A DNA stretch of 64,000 nucleotides from Lingula anatina. Its lineage: Eukaryota; Animalia; Brachiopoda. Below are positions 53,244 to 64,000 of the stretch, one piece after another. Position numbers and translations under genes: made by a program. The notes below the pieces were generated by a model that ran no database searches, was not told where the DNA came from, and saw only the letters and a list, made by a program, of their open reading frames with translations. The stretch covers positions 11,198,651 through 11,262,650 of the forward strand of contig CM120647.1 in NCBI GenBank assembly GCA_051362555.1, given 5' to 3'. The number at the start of each line of letters is the position of its first letter. The stretch's first letter is position 1.

Positions 53244-56200
53244 TCAATCACTGTCCTGAAATTCATCGAAGTTCTCGCCCTGCACAATTTCTGATTGATG
53301 ATACCGCCCTCTATTGGCAAAATCATCATTGTCTTCTGTCAACTGGGCGGCAAAGGTTCTCACTGCTGGTGTTGACGGTGTAACGACAATTTCCTCTGCA
53401 GGTTGTGGTCCACGTCTACAGCAATGAGATACACCATCCCTTATCCACTCTAGGAGACTAAACTCTGCTATACCTGGAGGAATAAAGACAATTATTTTAG
53501 TAAATATTATCAACTGAAGCTTTGAAAAACAGGATAATTTATGTACCGGGTACTGCACTTTAACACATGCCTGCATTTTGATTTTTTTATTTCCCAAGCA
53601 AAATATACATGTGCAACCATCCTATTGTTACAACTACTCGCTGTTCACTGTAGGCCACATACAAGAGCTAATTATATCTCATTTTAAAAATTATCATAAA
53701 CAATACTTTCCTTTAAGCATGAAGCAAAAAAGACCTTCAGTAATTGGAGATTTCTTAAATAAAAAAACATGACAAAACTACATGTTTAATAAACACTTTA
53801 TGTTGTAAGTTGAAATGTAAATAAACTCAGCCATCTTTGTTTTGGCTGTCATTTTGTAAAGAATACACTAGCAGTACTTACCAGGGAAAACTCCTGGGTT
53901 GACTTTACTGATGTATATATAAATAACTAGAACAACACTAACTGTGACCAAGGCATAGATCCATTGAATGCCAAACATTATGACTAGACAGGCTATGGAC
54001 TGAAAAAATGAACAAATATGGTCAAATACTAGTAAATATGGTAAAATAAATAAAAAATAAATAACAAAGAAGACATTATAAAATATACCCATGTATGGTG
54101 CGCGATGAACATAATTCTTTTTTTGCTTCAACTTTTAATTATCAATATATTTATGATATTTTCAGAATTTATATTCTCTATATTATTTTGCTTGTAATAG
54201 AACTGGGGTTCTTTTTCATTATGAGATATTTAACAAATTTAAAAGTAATTTAAAATGAATATGATTTCTTTTGTGTGAAGGCTTCTTTTTTCCTTTTTTT
54301 TATAGTAAACAGATTAATTTAGTTGTGTAGTTCACTACTTACTCCTATGAGTGATAGCCACCTGTTCACAAAAATGGAATAGTAGGATCTGGGCATACGG
54401 TGGATTTCTGTGTTTACTGGCTTAAGGTTACCTAAAATGATGCAAACAAATAAACAAGATGAGGAAAGATTTACACATTTAGTCAATCATCTCTCTTCAG
54501 AATAACTATATGGCTAAGAAAAAAGATTGTCAGAAGAAAACCATACTATGCTTTGGATTAATATAACTGATACTGATGCTCGCTATGGATTAAAAAAAAA
54601 TTAAACACTTGACTGAAAACTTTTGCTCATCTTCCCCAACTTTGTTCACTGTGAAGCATGTCAAATGTTTTGATTTTAATTGCTTGTTTCACTTAAATTA
54701 TAATATATATAATGTCACTTCAACAACAGTCGCGAGCTTTAACAGTGAAACAAATATGTGTTTGTTTCATGAGTTTTCTCCTCTGATACACATTTTCAGT
54801 TGTTTGTTTTAAGTTTTCACTTTCAAAGTTATATTTGAAAATTCTAGTGAGAGACCCACTCTCATACAAATCTCACCAGACTGTTTATCAAGCAACTCTG
54901 TCGTAGCATCGGCTTCCGACCCTCTCTCAACATGCTCCCCATCAACTTGTTCTTTCCCAGAATTCTCGGCCTGTTTCTGAGCCTTAGACACAGGACTCCC
55001 CTGTTGCTGCTTTTTCGGTGACCTTTTCTGCTGCACCGCAGTGTGTTTCTGATCAAACAACAGCCTTTCTGGAAACAAATTATCCAGATCTGCCGTGTTA
55101 TCTGGTATGTTCTTTGGAGGTAGATCATTGGAGACCTTGTCAGTGGAACCGTAATTGTGACTGGCATTATTATTCTCCTGGTCGCTCTTTCTTCCTCCCA
55201 CCCCTCCCCCTACTGAGGAAATCGCAGGTTTCAGCAAACCACTGCTGTAGCGCTCTTCCTTCCTCTTTCGCTTCTGAAAGCTCATGGCCAGAGAGAAATA
55301 GGCGAAATCCACAGAGGCATAAGTTAGCATGAAGGGCATGGTGACGATAGGTGCCAGGATGTTGACATTCCCGATGCAGATGAAGACCAGGGAGATAACT
55401 GTGATGGCAAGGAGAGCAAACACTGGAACCTTGTTAGGACCTCTCTGGAAGTTATGTTTACAAATAGCTTTATCAAAGATAACAAAACTAGAGGAACAGA
55501 AACACTGAAACCTTAATTGTTGGACCTCTCTGGAAGATACACTTACAAACAGCTTTATAAAAGATGACAAAAAATATTATTTTAATATGGAAAAGTAACT
55601 ACAACAACACTGTGCTAAATAAATAGCTGTTGTAAGAACAAAGGTTTGTCATGGCTAATCTTGATCTTCTTGTTTTTATATATACTGAGTAGTTATTTCT
55701 CTCCAATTAATATTCTGTCTAGCAGTCTACTTCATACTAAATCCTTCCTGGCAAAACATTCATAGGAATAAAAGTTTAATTGGATTATCATTATTCAAAA
55801 CTGCATGTGAAGTTGACAAGACAAAATATCATCTGCAAGCAAATGATAATTACATGTAAGACTATTCAAATATCTTCCACACATGTAACTGTGTTGTAAA
55901 GGTGAGATAAAACAATGAAATTTACCCCTTGTCCAAGGAACTTGATAACTGGAATGACATTCTGCTTTGCTATGGACTGCAGAATTCTTGGAGATCCATA
56001 TAAACTGCCCATACAGGAGGAAATAGATGAGATGTACAGGCCTGCAAGGAACAAGAAGCCCAGGGCTGCCACCTGGAGGACAAACAAAACAACATCTGTT
56101 TGACTTTTTTGTATTCTTACTATAAAATTATTTACTGTCTAAGATTGTAAAGCAGTTTACAAATCCACTATAAACGAGATGACAACTATGATCTGATGAA

Positions 56201-57761
56201 TCTCTTTTGACCAAAAAAAGCTCTACTTTGAATTGAACCTCAGGCTAGGATGAATGTACCGGTACTGCAGCCAGGCTAGTACTCGTACATTGTAATACAA
56301 ATGAAGTTCTAAATGGAGTACTCACCTTCTCTGCAATCATATAATCCTCTCTGAGATAGTCCCTGGCGCAGGTGGAGCCCAGGATCAAAGTAAACATTAA
56401 GTACAGAAAGGTGCTGAAAAAGAGGACAATTGCTCATTTAAAAATCAGCAATGACCACGTAAGCTACTGAGAACAAATGGAAAGTATTCACAGACAGACA
56501 AACCAAATTATAAAATAAAATGTACAAATGAATATATCAGTCAACCAATAAGGGGTAACATATCATCTCTCCCACTGAACTGATCAATCAATCAAGGCAT
56601 ATTCTTTTCCTTTTATATTAACAAATGTATCCTTAGGATACACTTTCTAATGCTGCTTCTTCTCACCTGACTTTGACCTTCACATAACCTAACCTGAGGC
56701 TCTCACCTGACTTTGACCTTCACATAACCAAACCTTTCAACTGACCTTGACCTCTCACCAGACCTCAGCCTAACATCTGACCTTGACCTTTCATTCAACC
56801 TTAACCTCTCACCTGACCCCTACAGCAGCCAGGGTTCCTACAGGGATGTCCTTGGAAGGGTTCCTCAGGTCTCCACTCATGTTGATCCCAGCAAAAGCAC
56901 CTGTTGCGGTGGGAAAGAACACTCCAAACACGGAGAAGAATGACTCCCCTGCCAGGTAGGCAGGTGCTGTGTTGTTGACCAGGTTTATTGTAAGGTAACC
57001 TGTTACACCGTACTCTGGAACCACACAAATATTAATGAGAGTGAAATATACATGTTAAACCAAGATATATTTGGAAAAACAAATATTTGCTTTTTTTTTT
57101 CTTTTTTATTCATTACACGGCTATAAATTTTCTTTCAATTTGATGATTTTAATCACATTATAATGTACAAATAAATGTTTCCTGAAATTGGTGAAATACT
57201 ACACATCCTCCAGTAAAGCATTTAACTCTTAGCCTACTATTAATTGACTTTTCAGATTTTTAGAGATACTAATTTACATGCTATTCTTTCTGATCAGAGA
57301 TGGTTTCTTATACTAATTGACAATCAGTTGAGATTATACCTATATCTGTATGGACAAAGGAGCCTACAGCAAAGTCCATGACTGCCACAGCCAGTATAAA
57401 TAACAGCAGCAACTGCAGTCGTATTACCCACTTTACTCCTGCTATGTTAATACCTAGAAAACAAAAGAGAAAAATAATTACATTTATGGTAAAAACTGAG
57501 TAATTGCTTCTTTAGAGACTAAAGCTATTTTCTAACAAGGAGACATGTTTTCACCTTTGCTCAAAGGAGCTCGAGGTTAATCATATGGAGAGCAAAAGAA
57601 GGATGGTACTCTGGATAAAACAAGAGCTGGGAGGGGGAGGGTTCCAGGCTTTGATCATGGCTCTGGCACTATCGCACGTACACATCAACACATATATAAA
57701 CTCTTATACCAAAACTCAAATACACATGCAACCATGCATTTCACAAACACACACACACGCA

Positions 57762-57799
<38 letters not shown>

Positions 57800-59224
57800 A
57801 CCTAGTAATAATAAGAGCACGGCAGCTGCTATGCCCCTTGCTATCCAGGGATCAAAGTCAGGATCTATAAATGCTGCAATGGACTCTCCAAAGCCCATGG
57901 TGTACAAGGAACAGGAGACAGCCTGCAAATGAAAACGGCCCACTTGAACAGACTGGCACACAGCTTTTTCATCTAAAAATATTAACTATTTAACTGTTTA
58001 AATTACTGCTTTCAAAAGGCATAAATAGGGTGGCTAGAGGCTGATTATTTTAAAAATATGGAGTATCTATGCTGCATCAATGCAGAAAAGGTTTTTTGCT
58101 ACTGGAATTAAAAAACATATCTAATTAACGTTTTTAATTAACAAAAAATTATAATAATAGACAATAACAGAAAATCAAAGATAACAGCAATTCAAATCAG
58201 TATAGGAAATATAAAATTTAATTGATTTCCTCATATAGCGTCTTACCTGACCAAAGCAATAGATCACTCCAATAGATGCTCCTATCTTGGCCCCGAGAAC
58301 ATGAGACAGTAGGAAGAATATCCCTCCGCTCTCCATCTGACATCTCTCACACACTCCTATTGCACTCAACACACTGACCAGTGCCACACCTATGGTCAGA
58401 CAGATGATCAGGATGGACAGACCAATGCCTGCATTGCCCTGGAGAACACAGTGTATGTGTGTGAGGAACAGAACAGCTGGGCCTGGCACAATATGGATAG
58501 GCTAGCAACTAAATTAATGGTTTGGCCAATTGTACAAGTTCAGCCAGGAATACAAAGGCTGAGTCAACATCAATGGTGGAGACAGGTTGTGGTAGCTGAG
58601 ATTTAAGCTGATCACAATCAGTGGTTGAGACAGATTGTGGTAGTTGAGATTTAAGCTGATCACAATCAGTGGTTGAGACAGATTGTGGTAGCTGAGATTC
58701 AAGCTGATCACAATCAGTGGTTGAAACAGAATGTGGTAGCTGAGAATTAAGCTGATCACAATCAGTGGTAAAGACAGATTGTGCTAGTTGAGACTCAAGC
58801 TGATCACAATCAGTGGCAATATTTGAAAACTTTAAAAGAATCCGATCTGCCATGTCAATAAATGGGTAATTGAAAAGTTTTCTCTTCCTCACTCAAAGAA
58901 TATTTACCAGTGGCTGACTCTTTCATGCATTGCAAAAAATAATTTTGAAAAATTAAGATAAAATCTGAATAATTCCTTGGTGTTCAATATGATATTTTAA
59001 AAGTTTTTATACCTGGCAGAAATATTCACCATTCATAAAAACTTAATCAAATACATTTCTTTCCTGTAGACGTCAGCACTTACCACCATCCATCCTGTAC
59101 GTAAGAAGATAATTATGCCAAATATGTTGATCATACAGGACGTGAACACGCCGTCCCATGGACCAAAGAGAACAGGTTCTGAGATGAAGAAATTCAGCTT
59201 CCACCATGGTTTACTGGAGGCACT
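53244..59224 (-). CDS. SLC12A8: Solute carrier family 12 member 8 (CCC9), 5'-partial; exons 59224-59084, 58438-58247, 57922-57802, 57453-57340, 57014-56813, 56413-56326, 56072-55926, 55444-54877, 54431-54343, 53999-53882, 53473-53244
   Basis: [102 protein letters not shown], long hydrophilic loop, NRWLSLIG, and no large C-terminal CCC domain. Eleven exons, 2010 nt in frame. Start exon not identified. Confidence 0.93.
58575..58815. repeat. 51-bp tandem repeat (~4.7 units), intronic
   Basis: Unit gtggttgagacagattgtggtagctgagatttaagctgatcacaatca; produces the spurious ORF 58509-58892. Confidence 0.9.
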
Positions 59225-59234
59225 CTGAAGGAAG

Positions 59235-59831
59235 AAAGATAAATAAATAAATAAATAAAATAATGATGCAATAACTGACCATTACATAGATAAATAAATA
59301 AATAAAATAATGATGCAATAACTGACCATTACATAGATTAATAAATAAATAAATAAAATAATGATGCAATAACTGACCATTACATAGATAAATAAATAAA
59401 TAAATAAAATAATGATGCAATAACTGACCATTACATAGATAAATAAATAAATAAATAAAATAATGATGCAATAACTGACCATTACATAGATAAATAAATA
59501 AATAAATAAAATAATGATGCAATAACTGACCATTACATAGATAAATAAATAAATAAATAAAATAATGATGCAATAACTGACCATTACATAGATAAATAAA
59601 TAAATAAATAAAATAATGATGCAATAACTGACCATTACATAGATAAATAAATAAATAAAATAATGATGCAATAACTGACCATTACATAGATAAATAAATA
59701 AATAAATAAAATAATGATGCAATAACTGAGCATTAAATAGATAAATAAATAAATAAATAAAATAATGATGTAATAACTGACCATTGCATAGATAAATAAA
59801 TAAAATAATGATGAATTACTTGACCATTACA

Positions 59832-59874
<43 letters not shown>

Positions 59875-59875
59875 A
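59235..59875. repeat. ~51-bp tandem repeat (~12 units) abutting an SLC12A8 acceptor
   Basis: Unit (aaat)n-aaaataatgatgcaataactgaccattacatagat. Confidence 0.92.
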
Positions 59876-60184
59876 TATCACAACCTAACTCAAAAGCTGA
59901 GTCAAGATAAAATCTTGATAACAATTCTGAAGCATGGATACATTTTCCCTGCAAGCTGAAAACAGCAATCAATAATCCCCTGACTGCTTACACAGGAAGT
60001 TTACATTCTTTCTGCACATGCCAAAGCCAGATATAATATAAATCAATACCTTCATGAACACCATATACATCTTAATTAATAAACAGGGGACTTGTCAGGG
60101 AGGATCATCTTAATCCAGTTCTGCTGGGAAAGATAAGCTTACAAGATTGATTGCACAATGTAAACACAAGTTATAGAGAATGGA

Positions 60185-60505
60185 GGAAATGTGGATCCAG
60201 GAAAACAACAGGGGAGGGGCTTTGAGAGATGATATCAGAAACTTATAGTCCGAATCAAGAAATCACAATGCAGTATGCATGTAACAATACATATTATGAA
60301 TAATGTAGATCTGGAGAAACAACAGGGGAAGCAGTTTGAGAGATGATATTAGAAACTTCTGGTCTGAGTTCAGAAATCACAATGCAATACATACCAGTAT
60401 TATAAATAATGGAGATCTGGGAAAATAACAGGGGAAGCTGTTTCAGAGATAAAATTAGAAACTTTTACTCGCAGTCACAAAATCATAATGTTACAATACA
60501 TATTA
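60185..60505. repeat. Degenerate ~110-bp tandem repeat (3 units)
   Basis: Recurring gatctgg..aaacaacagggga..tttgagagatgatat.agaaactt...aaatcacaatgca. Confidence 0.75.
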
Positions 60506-60795
60506 TATTTTTATAAAACATTTAGATGTCTTCATTATTACCTATGCAAGTGTGAAAATTCTAACATCATGAAGTTTTTCATATATGAAACCCCTTTGCC
60601 AAAACTGACAAAGCAATCTTTAATTGGATCCATGTTTAAACTAATAAAAAAATTGCATTCCAAACGGTGATAAAATCTTTGGATATGCATTCTCAACAAC
60701 TAACAGGTAATTACAGCTGCAATTGTATTTTGAATAAATAGAAAAACATTATTCTTCCCCAATCTTTTCAATAACTATGCTAATATGGAGGAGTA

Positions 60796-63250
60796 ACTAG
60801 AGGATCAGAGAGGCGATACCGCCTCCAAATATTGTACCACCAGCTGGAGCAAACGCATTCGTATAGACCCCCACATACACAAAATAAGGGACACAGCCAC
60901 CAGTTTTGTGCTTGACAAGCTGTAAAAATGCAATCAACAAGAATTTTTTAACTATTGCAAAAAATATATATGGTACAATCAAATTTAAGTTCTTCGTAAG
61001 GTAGGTCAAGGGTCAATTTCAAGGTCACAGTAAATTGCCAGTATATGACTTCCTATTCAAGTTCAAGAGTAACTATGGACCCATCTCTGTCAAGTTTGAA
61101 GTTAAAAGAGAAAGAAATTAGCAGAGTTCAGTTCATGATAAAAAGTAGGTCAAAGGTCAATTTCAAGGTCACACTTAGATTGCCAGTATAGGACTTCCTA
61201 TTCAACTTCAATAGTAACTATGGACCTATCTCAGCCAGTTTTGGAGATAAAAGGGAAGCAAAATTTGCAAAATTCAGTTCATGGTGAAAAGTAGGTCAAA
61301 GGTCAATTTCAAGGTCACATTCAGATTGCCAGTATATGACTTTCTATTCAAGTTCAATAGTAACTATGGACCTATCTCTGCCAGTTTTGGAGATAAAAGG
61401 GAAGCAAAATTTGCAAAGTTCAGTTTATGGTGAAAAGTAGGTCAAAGGTCAATTTTAAGGTCACATTTAGATTGCCAGTATATGACTTCCTTTTCAAGTT
61501 CAATAGTAACTATGGACCTATCTCAGCCAGTTTTGGAGATAAAAGTGAAGCAAAATTTGCAAAATTCAGTTCATGGTGAAAAGTAGGTCAAAGGTCAATT
61601 TTAAGGTCACATTTAGATTGCCAGTATATGACTTCCTTTTCAAGTTCAATAGTAACTATGGACCTATCTCTGCCAGTTTTGGAGATAAAAGGACAGAAAA
61701 GTTTGCAAAGTTCAGTTCATGGTGAAAAGTAGGTCAAAGGTCAATTTCAAGGTCACATTTAGATTGCCAGTATATGACTTCCTATTCAAGTTCAATAGTA
61801 ACTATGGACCTATCTCTGACAGTTTTGGAGATAAAAGGGAAGCAAAATTTGCAAAGTTCAGTTTATGGTGAAAAGTAGGTCAAAGGTCAATTTTAAGGTC
61901 ACATTTAGATTGCCAGTATATGACTTCCTATTCAAGTTCAATAGTAACTACGGACCTATCTCAGCCAGTTTTGGAGATAAAAGGAAAGCAAATTTTGCAA
62001 AATTCAGTTCATGGTGAAAAGTAGGTCAAAGGTCAATTTTAATGTCACATATAGATTGCCAGTATATGACTTCCTATTCAAGTTCAATAGTAACTACGGA
62101 CCTATCTCAGCCAGTTTTGGAGATAAAAGGGAAGAAAAATTTGCAAAGTTCAGTTCATGGTGAAAAGTAGGTCAAAGGTCAATTTCAAGGTCATAGTAAG
62201 ATTGCCAGTATATGACTTCCTATTCAACTTCAATAGTAACTATGGACCTATCTCTGCCAATTTTGGAGATATAAGGGACTAGATGTTATAATTTTGGAGT
62301 TACCATAATGTGCCTTAAATTTCGTACAGAAAAAATTAATTAAAATAAAGAAAATGTCATTTTGGTCAAAATTCTTGAAATAGGAGGTGCTCTGAAGTTT
62401 CAGAAGTTCAAATTTGATGAAATAATGTCATTTTTGAACACAAGTTGTCTGCTTTGCCAAGCCTTATGTTTTATTTTTCCAGAGTTCAAAATTTATTATC
62501 CATTACCGTACTGCACATTTTGCTTTTACCACCAATATGTACTTTTTGATACAGCATAACTCGAAAACCGTATGGAATACAAAAAAACCGAGACCACCTC
62601 CAGTGTTGGGCTTTACATGCTCTACAAAATGCAAAAAAGAATGGGTCTCTAGCATTAACGGTTCCCGAATTAGAGACAGTTTTCAGTTTCGGTATCTTAT
62701 GGTCGCTACTCCCGTGAAAATGCACCGATTGACCCCAAATTCATGGAGATGAAAGATGACCTGAAGGGTAACACTTTCCAATAATATTATTGGTTAAGTC
62801 TGTGTGGTGTCTGAATAACAGGGCAAAAAAATTTTTTTTCGTAAAAAATTTCATTTTTTTGAAAATTTTGGCCCATTTGACCTTGAAGTAGAGGTCAAAG
62901 GTCAAATCCAAGGGTATATTTGAAATCTACACATATGACTTTTGGAAAGCTGTCTATAGAAATTTTTCCCATAACTCCTTCCGTAGGGTAGATAATTAGC
63001 ATTTAATTTTGCCATTTTTAGACAAGGGTGCATTGCAATGAGTGCCACACCCAGACCCCAATACCGACAAAGCCCAAATTTTACGTGGAACGAGTTGAGA
63101 TTATAGGTGACCTAAATCCATGAGATGGGTACGGGGGCCCTTACCGTCTAGGAGGAGAAGCGGTAACGGTAGCCATCCGGCGGAGCCGGCGGAACGATCC
63201 GGACGGGACCGAAACCATGTGTACCGCCAGCGCTAACGCTGGTGGTACAA
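60796..63250. mobile_element. ~2.45-kb non-autonomous Helentron/HINE (DINE-1/pearl-like) element
   Basis: Subterminal IR attgtaccaccagc (60831-60844) matches gctggtggtacaat (63238-63251); terminal hairpin taccgccagcg-ctaa-cgctggtggta; cgga-rich tract before it; internal tandem core; inserted at AA/TT without a target-site duplication. Confidence 0.8.
61001..62277. repeat. 146-bp tandem array (~8.8 units) inside the Helentron-like element
   Basis: Unit starts gtaggtcaa at 61001, 61145, 61291, 61437, 61583, 61729, 61875, 62021 and 62167. A solo fragment of the unit lies at ~862-925. Confidence 0.95.
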
Positions 63251-64000
63251 TAAGCAGAAAGGCAGTCACAAAGAATTAATAGAAAAACATGACTCTTCCT
63301 CAATCTTTTCAATAAGTATGCTAATCTAGAGAAGTAATGGGCAGAAAGGCAGTCACAAAGACAAGGGCAATCTGCAGGTTTTCAATCACAGTGCATGAGC
63401 AAGCATTCATGTCAACTCCCATAAACCGAAACCGACAACCGCAATCTACAGAACCAAGCTTATTACAGTTCTCATAAACTAAAATCAATATCCTGATCAG
63501 CGAGCTATGATGAATCAAAGACCGAACTTCCTGGAAAACCTTTCAAGGAATATATGGGCAAATCAGATAGAATCACAATTAACGTTGTACAAGTCTATAT
63601 GCAGCAGAGCAGAAATCCACCAAGCAGATATTGTGGCAAACTGAAGAAGGTCAACTTGCCAGCTGGTACCATAAAAGCTGCTCTCAATTATACTATACTA
63701 TTGATTACTGATATTGTATATTTTTAGATGTGTGACATCTAAGCTGAATAAACCTTTATTTATCTATTTATCTATCTGTAGTGAAAGGGTTTATTCTAAC
63801 ATATAGCTGCTGATAGTAAAACTTGTATTTGCTGGTGTATTTCAAATTCATTTTAACTATGATTCAGGCCAAAACCAAAGCTATTAAAATACATAAATGT
63901 TTCACGAGTCCACTGAAATTACGGAGTATAGGATCATATAAAATTACTGGATACCATGTAACAAGTTAAGCTGTCATATCTTGACAACTGGCATGTGGTT

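Noticed and set aside
58575-62277. Regular repeats resembling CRISPR arrays
   Set aside because: Head-to-tail tandem units with no unique spacers, no cas genes, and a eukaryotic intron context.

Overview
AT-rich, microsatellite-dense animal (invertebrate-like, probably lophotrochozoan; inference) genomic DNA with spliceosomal introns, so the ORF track only shows exon fragments. By hand I assembled seven multi-exon genes whose exon phases agree: (1) a selenoprotein iodothyronine deiodinase (+, in-frame TGA at 4366, SECIS at 5130-5188); (2) a class IV (SIRT6/7-like) sirtuin (-) whose first exon contains a (TG)15 tract that is out of frame; (3) a small secreted Cys-rich/TSP1 protein (+); (4) a type I membrane protein with a Cys-rich helical ectodomain (+); (5) a ~1028-aa astacin metalloprotease (astacin-EGF-CUB-(PTTTTT)~62-Cys-TSP1) (+); (6) NMRAL1/HSCARG-like (-); (7) SLC12A8 (-, 5' end not found). 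Non-coding features include four copies of one PIF/Harbinger-like MITE, three other TIR elements, a 2.45-kb Helentron/HINE-like element carrying a 146-bp tandem array rich in AGGTCA motifs, and several intronic tandem repeats that duplicate real splice sites. No database searches were possible; family calls rest on recognised motifs.
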